Shown here piece by piece: positions 16,886-24,494 of a stretch of DNA of 28,538 bases. Numbering within the stretch: position 1 is the stretch's first letter; every line of letters begins with the position of its first letter. The translations under genes were made by a program, and so were the position numbers. The DNA comes from a virus (Duplodnaviria; Caudoviricetes), in IMG/VR virus record IMGVR_UViG_3300016667_000028, positions 1 through 28,538 of that record. One strand, written 5' to 3'. The notes below the pieces were generated by a model. The model was not told the origin of the DNA, searched no databases, and worked only from the letters and a program-made list of their open reading frames with translations.

Positions 16886-18174
16886 CAGACGTTATTGAAG
16901 TGGAAGAGAAGACTGTTGACCCTCATCTGGAAGCCCAGTGGGACGCATGGATGGCTACTGATCCATTGGTTAACATTCCAAATGTTAGCGATGATGAAGT
17001 CCGTGAAGCTATCATCCGTGATCTATCCAACGTATGTAAGATGACTGTTGGTGAATATACTCTATATCAGAAGTGGTGTGAGATTCACGAAAAGTATCCT
17101 ACACATGAAGTATCAACGCTCTTTGGTCAAGACGTTCAGCTTCAGGACCTTGAGCAAGGTGAACGTATTCTTGCAGCTAAGAATAACATCTGGTTCCCAG
17201 AAACTCCTGAGTCTTACATGGACTTAGAGCCTGTGATGATCTATACGAAAGAAGCTGAAATGTCTGAGACATGGAATCTCATTCGTAACTTCACTTCGAC
17301 CATGAAGAACAACTCTAATATCGGTCGCAATCTCAACTATCTAGTTGCAGATAAGAAGAGCGGCAAGTATCTTGGCATCATCTGCATCTCATCTGACTTC
17401 TTAGATCTCACACCGAGAGACAAGTACATTGGCTGGGCTAGAGAGAAGAAGACTCAGGGTCATATGATCAACTATACGGCTATCGGTTCTACGATTGTGC
17501 CGTTTCAGCCTCTTGGCTATAACTATGTTGGCGGTAAGCTTCTTGCTCTAATGTGTCTAACCGATAAGGTTCAGCAAGACTGGAAAGCCCAGTATGGTGA
17601 TACTCTTGTCGGTGTTACAACCACTTCTCTTTATGGTAAAGACAAGGCTGGCGGTCTATCGCAGTATGATAATCTGAAGCACTGGAAGAAGATGGGCTTC
17701 TCATCTGGTTCTGTATCATATGAATGTACTAAGCCGACTATTCGTCTTCTGTTAAACTGGCTTGCAAAGAACCATACTCGCAAGTACTTTGAATGGTATG
17801 GTGCCACAAAGCCTTCTGGTCAGCCCTACAAGCGTGATCATCGCAATCGTTCTTATACGTTTGCATATTCGAAGCTTGGTATTCCAAAAGAACTGATCAA
17901 GTCAGAACACCACAGAGGCATTTACTTCTCGCCGCTGTATAATAACACAGCCGAATTCCTGCGTGGTGATATTCAAGAGAAGGACTTGGTTAAGTCTTTT
18001 GACACTAGCTATGAATATATCACTAATCTTTGGAAAGAGAAATATGCATCAAAGCGCATTCGCTCTCTACAGGAACAAGGTCGAGTATCATCTGAACGGT
18101 TGTTCTATGATGACCTGATCTATCTGTCATGGGATGAAACAAAAGAAAAGTATCTCTCTCAAGTTGGACGATAA
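16882..18174 (+). CDS. DruA/DUF4338-like protein
   Basis: GRNLNYLV.D..SGKYLG, L.PRDKYIGW, P.QPLGYNYVGGKLLA and TTTSLYG...SQY match the DUF4338 (Druantia DruA) pattern. Confidence 0.7.
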   Translation: MTDVIEVEEKTVDPHLEAQWDAWMATDPLVNIPNVSDDEVREAIIRDLSNVCKMTVGEYTLYQKWCEIHEKYPTHEVSTLFGQDVQLQDLEQGERILAAKNNIWFPETPESYMDLEPVMIYTKEAEMSETWNLIRNFTSTMKNNSNIGRNLNYLVADKKSGKYLGIICISSDFLDLTPRDKYIGWAREKKTQGHMINYTAIGSTIVPFQPLGYNYVGGKLLALMCLTDKVQQDWKAQYGDTLVGVTTTSLYGKDKAGGLSQYDNLKHWKKMGFSSGSVSYECTKPTIRLLLNWLAKNHTRKYFEWYGATKPSGQPYKRDHRNRSYTFAYSKLGIPKELIKSEHHRGIYFSPLYNNTAEFLRGDIQEKDLVKSFDTSYEYITNLWKEKYASKRIRSLQEQGRVSSERLFYDDLIYLSWDETKEKYLSQVGR

Positions 18175-18572
18175 TGGAGTATAACGAAGAGAACCTACAA
18201 AAGGTCATCACCTCTATTCGCAAGAACCTAAGTGTCGATTTGCTACCGAAGAAGATGGTCGAACGTAACATCAACGGCGGTAGCAACGGCACTTATGGTC
18301 ATTGTCACACAGCTTCAGGTGTGATCTACAAAATCTTTGGACCCAAGAATGTCCACATGTATCGCGCACTAGACGACGAAGGTCTGTACCACTGGTGGAT
18401 TGTAGACAAGAATGGTAAAATAATTGATGCTACTTCTGAGCAATACACGCTTCTAGGAAGAGTTGCACCATACAAGGATGGCGCGAAAGCTGGATTGCTA
18501 GGGTTTGACTACAAAAAGAGAGTTTTTACACTCCTAGATAGAGTTCGAAAAGACCTGTCCCTAAGCCCTTGA
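18174..18572 (+). CDS. Hypothetical protein with transglutaminase/papain-like C-H-D pattern
   Basis: GHCHTAS...HWWIVD..G.IIDATSEQY; TAATG-coupled to the upstream gene. Confidence 0.6.
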   Translation: MEYNEENLQKVITSIRKNLSVDLLPKKMVERNINGGSNGTYGHCHTASGVIYKIFGPKNVHMYRALDDEGLYHWWIVDKNGKIIDATSEQYTLLGRVAPYKDGAKAGLLGFDYKKRVFTLLDRVRKDLSLSP

Positions 18573-18585
18573 TTCCACATGAGGT

Positions 18586-18651
18586 ATGCGCGTGGATCAT
18601 AGCAGCCATGCAAATCCACGCATTGAAATCTGAGGGTTGCAACACTATATC
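18586..18651 (+). promoter_or_regulatory. Tandem palindromic operator plus RpoD-like promoter (TTGAAA...CTATAT)
   Basis: ATG-N9-CAT-N7-ATG-N10-CAT at 18586-18623 abuts the -35 TTGAAA at 18623-18628; CTATAT at 18645-18650. Confidence 0.5.
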
Positions 18652-18657
18652 CAGTAT

Positions 18658-18888
18658 ATGATTGACCAGTCTCACATTGACACTTTCCTTGCGTATGAAA
18701 GCGAACCTAACGTCTTCAATATTGACGCTGACGCCTTTCATATCGACCCGTTCCCTTATGAAATTCCGACTATGCTCGGAAATGAAAAGCCTTTCAAGCT
18801 GACTCACGTTAAAGAACTAGCAGGCGAACCGCTAGTTGCAAAATATCAACAGATTGATAGTGATTTGATCCTTTACGTTTATACGTGA
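18658..18888 (+). CDS. Hypothetical early protein (probably leaderless)
   Basis: The ATG at 18658 lies at the predicted transcription start and has no SD; 76 aa. Confidence 0.55.
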   Translation: MIDQSHIDTFLAYESEPNVFNIDADAFHIDPFPYEIPTMLGNEKPFKLTHVKELAGEPLVAKYQQIDSDLILYVYT

Positions 18889-18917
18889 TTGACAATCGAA
18901 TCGAATCAGTCTAGGAT
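18889..18917 (+). promoter_or_regulatory. sigma70-type early promoter TTGACA-N17-TAGGAT
   Basis: -35 at 18889-18894, -10 at 18912-18917, GAGGA SD before the ATG at 18941. Confidence 0.8.
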
Positions 18918-18940
18918 AGGTCCGTAATCAAGAGGACGAT

Positions 18941-21268
18941 ATGGAAGTAACACATAATCATAACGCCAAGTCTCAGCTGGCTAAGCTGCTTGCTACGGAA
19001 AATATTACGGTTCAGCACAAGCCTGACGCTAAGACCGCGTGGTTCGACGTTAAGAATCGCGTCCTGTGTCTCCCTGTCTGGCGGTCAATGTCTAATGACC
19101 TGTATGACCTTCTGGTCGTGCATGAGGTTGGTCATGCTCTGGATACTCCAGCTGACGGCTGGCTTGAAGCTATTTCAGACATTGCGAAGCGGGTTCAAGG
19201 ATCGACCTCTAACAGGGCACTCGGTGCTGTTAAGGGTTTCCTTAACGTAATTGAAGACGCGCGAATTGACAAGCGCCAGAAGCGCCGTTTCCCCGGTGCT
19301 CGGCGCAACTATGTTAAGGGTTATCAGGAACTTATCGAAAAGGACTTTTTCGGTACCAAGACCCGCGACATTAACTCAATGTCCTTTATCGACCGTCTTA
19401 ACATTTACTGCAAGGGCGGCGCAATGCTCGGCATCAAGTTTTCTCCTGAAGAGAAAAAGATGCTGGCTGAGGTCGAGGCTGCTGAAACGTTTGATGAGGT
19501 TCTGGAACTGACGGAAAAGATTTTCCGCTGGTCGAAGGAAAATCAGCAGACTCAGGATCAGCCGCCTGGCGATTTCGGTATGGAAGACGACTCGGACGAG
19601 TATGAGTTCGGCGAGTCTGACGGCGATGACTCCGATGGTGATTACGATTGGGACGAGGAAGACGAGTCCGAAGACGGCGAAGGTGAAGGCGATGATGAAG
19701 AGTCCGACGAGGATTCTGAATCTGGCGACACTGACGGCGATGACAAGGGTAAGTCTAAGTCTAAATCGGAAAAGTCCGATGATGCTGAAAATGCCGACGA
19801 CTCTGATGAAGACGGCAAGTCCGATGAGGGCGACGATTCTGATGACGGCGAAGCTAAGGATGCCAAATCTGGTGACGGTGCTGGCGGTTCTGCTAAGTCG
19901 GATTCGGATGCTGACGATTCACTGCCTGAGTCCGAGACTGAAAAGGCTTGGCAGAAGAACCAGGAAGACCTGATTGTTCATTCGAATGAGGAATATATCT
20001 ACGTAAAGATTCCTCGTCCTGTTGATTACAATCGAGTTGTGGTTGACTATAAGACGGTTCTGGCAGAACAGCGTAAGGCTATGTCAGAACTTGGTCCTGA
20101 TTGGGTCAACACCTGCCGTCAGGAACTGATGCAATTCAAGGCTGATGAAAACGCTTCAATCTCCTTCATGGTTAAGGAATTTGAAATGCGTAAATCGGCT
20201 GATGAATACAGCCGCACTAGCGTCTCCAAGACTGGTGTGATTGACACTAACAAGCTGCACTCTTACAAGTATAACGACGACCTTTTCCGTCGTATCACGA
20301 CCATTGCGTCTGGTAAGAATCACGGCTTCGTTATGTTCGTTGACTGGTCTGGTTCTATGAACTACAACCTGAGGAAGACTGTAAAGCAGCTTTTCTCTCT
20401 GGTCATGTTCTGTAAGCGAGTTCAGATTCCTTTCGAGGTCTACACCTTCCGTTCGCTCAACTATCGTGACTATGATGAAAAGAAGGTCAAGGACGGCGAA
20501 ATGTTCTTTACCGCCAACCCGAATGAACTGTCTTTCGACAATTTCTATGCTCGAAACGTCCTGTCTTCTCGTATGAAGGCTCAGGAACTGAATGATGCAA
20601 TGCTGCACCTGTATGTCATGGGCTGCGGTGGTCATCTTCGGTGTGATGATATGGGTTCGACTCCGCTTAACGAATGCATCGGTGTTGCCGATCTAATCGT
20701 TAACAAGTTCCATGCCCAGTCTAAGGTTCAGGTTGTTAACACAATCTTCCTGACGGACGGTCAGTCTGATCCGATCTCCTCGGTTCACAAGGTTGTGCCC
20801 GGTTACGGAAAGAAGCAAAAGTACATTCTTCAGGATGATATCACTAAGAAAACTTATGATATCCGTGGTAGTGCTTATAGCTACTCTGCTCCGTATTCGG
20901 AATACACCATGACGGGTCTGCTTCTGGAGGTTCTTAAGGAACGCACCGGATGCAATCTGATCGGCTTCTATATCAACGGCGATGGGTTCGATTCTGTCTA
21001 CAGCAGGTATTGCACCTTCTCGGTTGAAGGCAATAAGAAAGCTCAGAATTCCTATAAGAATGATGGCTTCTTCGCGGTAACTTCCGCTGGGTATGATGAA
21101 TACTACATTCTCAACCCTAAGATGTTTAACGTGTCTGCTGGAAATCTTCAGGTTGATTCGAATACCATGACTAAGAACAAGATGGCAAAGGAATTCATCA
21201 AGTTCTCGGAAAAGAAGGCGGTCTCCCGCGTTCTACTCACTCGGTTTGTCAAGCGGATTGCCGCTTGA
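18941..21268 (+). CDS. CobT-like protein: N-terminal HExxH metallopeptidase-like domain, acidic linker, C-terminal vWA (MIDAS) domain
   Basis: HEVGH, NVIEDARI, about 130-aa D/E-rich linker, VDWSGSM MIDAS, STPL, FLTDG; adjacent to an AAA+ ATPase gene. Confidence 0.85.
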   Translation: MEVTHNHNAKSQLAKLLATENITVQHKPDAKTAWFDVKNRVLCLPVWRSMSNDLYDLLVVHEVGHALDTPADGWLEAISDIAKRVQGSTSNRALGAVKGFLNVIEDARIDKRQKRRFPGARRNYVKGYQELIEKDFFGTKTRDINSMSFIDRLNIYCKGGAMLGIKFSPEEKKMLAEVEAAETFDEVLELTEKIFRWSKENQQTQDQPPGDFGMEDDSDEYEFGESDGDDSDGDYDWDEEDESEDGEGEGDDEESDEDSESGDTDGDDKGKSKSKSEKSDDAENADDSDEDGKSDEGDDSDDGEAKDAKSGDGAGGSAKSDSDADDSLPESETEKAWQKNQEDLIVHSNEEYIYVKIPRPVDYNRVVVDYKTVLAEQRKAMSELGPDWVNTCRQELMQFKADENASISFMVKEFEMRKSADEYSRTSVSKTGVIDTNKLHSYKYNDDLFRRITTIASGKNHGFVMFVDWSGSMNYNLRKTVKQLFSLVMFCKRVQIPFEVYTFRSLNYRDYDEKKVKDGEMFFTANPNELSFDNFYARNVLSSRMKAQELNDAMLHLYVMGCGGHLRCDDMGSTPLNECIGVADLIVNKFHAQSKVQVVNTIFLTDGQSDPISSVHKVVPGYGKKQKYILQDDITKKTYDIRGSAYSYSAPYSEYTMTGLLLEVLKERTGCNLIGFYINGDGFDSVYSRYCTFSVEGNKKAQNSYKNDGFFAVTSAGYDEYYILNPKMFNVSAGNLQVDSNTMTKNKMAKEFIKFSEKKAVSRVLLTRFVKRIAA

Positions 21269-21293
21269 CATTCCACCTCTAATCGTTTATAAT
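21265..21293 (+). promoter_or_regulatory. Perfect sigma70 promoter TTGACA-N17-TATAAT
   Basis: -35 at 21265-21270 (overlapping the upstream TGA stop), -10 at 21288-21293. Confidence 0.88.
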
Positions 21294-21328
21294 CCTACCA
21301 TAAATTGACAACAGGAAAGAAATCGACA

Positions 21329-22546
21329 ATGGCTAAGAAGCCCGCTGACAAGACTCCGTTCCTCGCCGCTGTTAAGGCTGAGTTTGGTGATATTAATACC
21401 ATCTCGCGCCAGCAGGTGCTGGATATCTGCGAAAAGTATTCGCTCGGTCGTCCGCTCTGGCTCACTAAGGATGAAACGCGCCGTGCTGGTCGCGGTCTGT
21501 ATTCTCTGACCGATTCGCCGGTTGTGGCTTCGGCTCGTAAGCCTGCCAAGATCAAGGCTGCTGACATTGCTTCGGAAGTTCCCGTTGCCGCTAATACAGC
21601 TTTCTCGGTGTCAAATCAGGAAGACCTTGCCATTGCGGCTCTCAATGCTGGTCAGGAACTCTCACTGATCCCTGATAAGGCGAAGGGTTATGTGCCGTTC
21701 GGTCACTTTGCCGATGTTCGCATGATCATCAAGTCTGGTAAGTTTTATCCGACTTATGTGACTGGTCTTTCTGGTAACGGTAAGACCATGATGATTGAGC
21801 AGATTTGCGCCCAGGAAAAGCGTGAACTGGTTCGTGCAAACATCACCAAGGAAACTGATGAAGACGACCTGATCGGCGGCTTCCGTCTTATCGACGGTAA
21901 GACTGTCTGGCAGAATGGTCCTGTGATTGTCGCGATGGAACGCGGCGCTATCCTTCTTCTGGACGAGGTTGACCTTGGCGATGCCAAGCTTATGTGTCTT
22001 CAGCCGATCCTGGAAGGCAAGCCGATCTATCTGAAGAAGATCAACCGTGTGGTGACCCCGGCGCCGGGCTTTAACATTCTGGCGACCGCTAACACTAAGG
22101 GTAAGGGTTCGGACGATGGTCGCTTCATCGGCACCAACGTGATGAACGAAGCCTTCCTTGAGCGTTTCTCTATCACGTTTGAGCAGGAATATCCTGCGAC
22201 CAAGATCGAAGCTAAGATCCTCAACAATGTTCTTCAGGCTTCTGGCATTGAGAACAAGGATTTTGCTGAGAAGCTGGTCAACTGGGCTGATATGATCCGC
22301 AAGGCGTTCTATGATGGCGCCGTGTCGGATATCATCTCTACCCGCCGTCTGGTTCACATTTGCGAAGCCTTTGCCATCTTCGGTCAGGATCGTGAGAAGG
22401 CAATCAAGCTTTGTCTGAACCGCTTCGACGTTGACACTAAGAATGGTTTCATGGAGCTTTATCTTAAGCTTGATGAAACTCTGGCTCCTCCGAAGGTTGA
22501 AGCCAACGAAGCCGTGAATACGGCTGATGCAGAAATCGCTTTCTAA
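21329..22546 (+). CDS. cobS: CobS/MoxR-like AAA+ ATPase with N-terminal small domain
   Basis: GLSGNGKT Walker A, ETDEDDLIGG, LLLDEVD Walker B, ATANTKGKG, NEAFLERF, ISTRRL. The ATG at 21329 is preferred to the TTG at 21305. Confidence 0.88.
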   Translation: MAKKPADKTPFLAAVKAEFGDINTISRQQVLDICEKYSLGRPLWLTKDETRRAGRGLYSLTDSPVVASARKPAKIKAADIASEVPVAANTAFSVSNQEDLAIAALNAGQELSLIPDKAKGYVPFGHFADVRMIIKSGKFYPTYVTGLSGNGKTMMIEQICAQEKRELVRANITKETDEDDLIGGFRLIDGKTVWQNGPVIVAMERGAILLLDEVDLGDAKLMCLQPILEGKPIYLKKINRVVTPAPGFNILATANTKGKGSDDGRFIGTNVMNEAFLERFSITFEQEYPATKIEAKILNNVLQASGIENKDFAEKLVNWADMIRKAFYDGAVSDIISTRRLVHICEAFAIFGQDREKAIKLCLNRFDVDTKNGFMELYLKLDETLAPPKVEANEAVNTADAEIAF

Positions 22547-22556
22547 AGAAGCGAAT

Positions 22557-22604
22557 AGTGGACGCCGATGGGGTCGACCGGCGTCCGCTTTACTATATCG
22601 ATCC
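22557..22604 (+). promoter_or_regulatory. Predicted H-type RNA pseudoknot in the leader of the HTH gene
   Basis: Stem 1: 22557-22567 with 22579-22589 (11 bp, one GU). Stem 2: loop GGGUCGA at 22571-22577 with UCGAUCC at 22598-22604. Confidence 0.55.
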
Positions 22605-22629
22605 GATTAACATATAATGGAGTAATTGA

Positions 22630-22842
22630 ATGTCTCATCTTTCCCGTGTTGCTAAGGCTCTTCGTAGAAACAGCAAGGGCGCTGGCGTTACCGCTGGTCG
22701 TCTTGCACAGCTAACTGGACTTTCCAAGGACGCTGTGTACAAGCGTGTTTCGGACCTCCGCAACGTTGAAGGCAAGACCATCTACAGCAACTACCGTAAC
22801 GTCAACGGTACTCGCAAGATGTTTTATCGTATTGCCTCCTAA
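22630..22842 (+). CDS. Small winged-HTH DNA-binding protein
   Basis: VTAGRLAQLTGLSKDAVYKRVSDLR helix-turn-helix followed by a beta wing; GGAG SD. Confidence 0.8.
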   Translation: MSHLSRVAKALRRNSKGAGVTAGRLAQLTGLSKDAVYKRVSDLRNVEGKTIYSNYRNVNGTRKMFYRIAS

Positions 22843-22860
22843 ATTTTTTTAGAGACTTAG

Positions 22861-22897
22861 AGGGATGCTCACTATATACTGGTGTAGCATCCCTTTA
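22861..22897 (+). terminator. Stem-loop (possible terminator or processing site) between the HTH and glycosyltransferase genes
   Basis: AGGGATGCT(CACTA)...(TGGTG)TAGCATCCCT followed by a short TT/AT-rich run. Confidence 0.5.
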
Positions 22898-22914
22898 TAT
22901 TATGGAGGTAAAGT

Positions 22915-23811
22915 ATGGAATTGTCTATTAAGATTGACGAATTGAGAAAGCATAAGCTATTCGTCGCGACACCAATGTATGGTGGGCAGAATAACGGCTT
23001 GTATATGAAGTCGTGTCTTGACCTTCAAGGTACATTCTCTCAGTATGGCATTGAAATTCGTTTCTCATTTCTATTTAACGAATCTCTAATCACGCGCGCC
23101 CGCAACTATCTTGTTGACGAGTTTCTGCGCTCAGGTTGCACACATCTTCTCTTTATCGACTCTGATATCCATTTTGATCCTAAGGATGTTCTAGCACTTC
23201 TCACTCTTGATCGGGATGTTATTGGTGCGCCTTATCCTAAGAAGACAATCAATTGGACAAATGTCGCAAAGGCTGTTAACAAGAATTCAGCAATGGATCC
23301 TGGTGAGCTAGACGGTCTTGTTGGCGATTACGTATTCAACCCAGTTCCTGGAACCACACAGTTCCGTGTTTCTGAGCCTCTAGAGGTTATGGAAATTGGT
23401 ACTGGTTACATGATGGTTAAACGTCAGGTGTTTGAGAAGTTTGCTGCTGCATATCCAAAGCAGAACTATAAGCCAGATCACGTTGGTCAGGCTAACTTCG
23501 ACGGCACTCGCTACATTCATGCATACTTTGATACTGTGATCGACAACGGTTACACGTATGATGATCTTTATCGCCTGATGAAAGATGTTGCAGAAGGTAA
23601 GGGCGATGTAAATCAGAGAGCGAAAGAGATGCTTGGGATTGAAAAGAATGCCTCACACCGATATCTATCGGAAGACTACATGTTCTGTCAGTACTGGAGA
23701 AAGATTGGCGGAAAGATTTGGTTGTGTCCGTGGATGAAGACCCAGCATGTTGGCACTTACGCCTTCACTGGTGATATGAACCGTATCGCAGCTTTAACAG
23801 GAAATCTCTAA
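22915..23811 (+). CDS. GT-A fold glycosyltransferase
   Basis: LFVATPMYGG, ESLITRARN, HLLFIDSDI (DxD), GTGYMMVKR, YLSEDYMFC..WRKIGG, HVG. Confidence 0.85.
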   Translation: MELSIKIDELRKHKLFVATPMYGGQNNGLYMKSCLDLQGTFSQYGIEIRFSFLFNESLITRARNYLVDEFLRSGCTHLLFIDSDIHFDPKDVLALLTLDRDVIGAPYPKKTINWTNVAKAVNKNSAMDPGELDGLVGDYVFNPVPGTTQFRVSEPLEVMEIGTGYMMVKRQVFEKFAAAYPKQNYKPDHVGQANFDGTRYIHAYFDTVIDNGYTYDDLYRLMKDVAEGKGDVNQRAKEMLGIEKNASHRYLSEDYMFCQYWRKIGGKIWLCPWMKTQHVGTYAFTGDMNRIAALTGNL

Positions 23812-24471
23812 ATGATTATTGGCGTAGTTGGATTCATTGGCAGCGGTAAAGGCACCGCTGCTGATATTCTAGTAGAAAAGCATGGCTTCGTTAAGCTTTC
23901 TTTTGCTGACGCCGTTAAGGACGCAACTGCTGCCATCTTCGGATGGCAGCGGTCTCTCCTTGAGGGTGACACTGATGAAAGCCGTGAGTTCCGCGAAACA
24001 AAGGATGAGTGGTGGTCTGCTAAGTTTGGTAGAGACTTTACTCCTCGTCTGGCATTGCAGCTAATGGGAACTGAGGCTGGTCGTGATGTGTTTCATGAAA
24101 ACGTTTGGGTCTATGCACTTGAACGTAAGGCTGAAATGTATAAGGACGTGGTAATCGCAGACGTTCGTTTCCCTAATGAGATTGAATGGATGCGTTCTAA
24201 GGGCGGCTTCGCTGTTCGTGTCTCACGCGGCCGCGATCCTGAGTGGTATGAAATTGCTGCTATGGCAAATGATGTTAATCATCCTATGCATCAAGACTCG
24301 TCCATTAAAATGGCTGATCTGAAAATCCATTATTCTGAATGGGCATGGGCTGGACAGATCATGGATTACCAGCTTGATAACAATGGTTCCATTTCCATGC
24401 TTGAAGCAGATATCTCTCACATGATAAAAGTCTTTACAGGGCCGCAAAAGCCTGCTACACTGGCTGCCTAA
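23812..24471 (+). CDS. g1: Deoxynucleoside monophosphate kinase (T4 gp1-like)
   Basis: GFIGSGKGT P-loop, SFADAVKD, TPRLALQLMGTE..R, DVRFPNE, HYSE. Confidence 0.92.
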   Translation: MIIGVVGFIGSGKGTAADILVEKHGFVKLSFADAVKDATAAIFGWQRSLLEGDTDESREFRETKDEWWSAKFGRDFTPRLALQLMGTEAGRDVFHENVWVYALERKAEMYKDVVIADVRFPNEIEWMRSKGGFAVRVSRGRDPEWYEIAAMANDVNHPMHQDSSIKMADLKIHYSEWAWAGQIMDYQLDNNGSISMLEADISHMIKVFTGPQKPATLAA

Positions 24472-24494
24472 ATCACCTAAACTTGGAGTAAATT

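Noticed and set aside
16882-18572. A complete Druantia defence system
   Set aside because: Only a DruA-like gene is present; no DruE helicase or DruB-D genes in the window.
19560-19930. Repeat array or CRISPR-like periodicity
   Set aside because: Only low-complexity GAY/GAR codons of an acidic linker; no fixed repeat-spacer structure. No CRISPR array, tRNA or rRNA was recognised anywhere in the window.
21224-21252. Divergent minus-strand promoter from TTGACA at 21252-21247
   Set aside because: No -10-like hexamer at 17-bp spacing (it reads GCGGGA).
21662-22357. 231-aa minus-strand ORF opposite the AAA+ ATPase (also 20156-20635 and 24477-24851)
   Set aside because: Antisense shadows of strongly codon-biased genes; no RBS or recognisable motifs.
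18941-22546. Cobalamin biosynthesis auxiliary metabolic genes (cobST)
   Set aside because: No cobN or other cob genes; a generic MoxR/vWA pair with an added HExxH domain explains the similarity.
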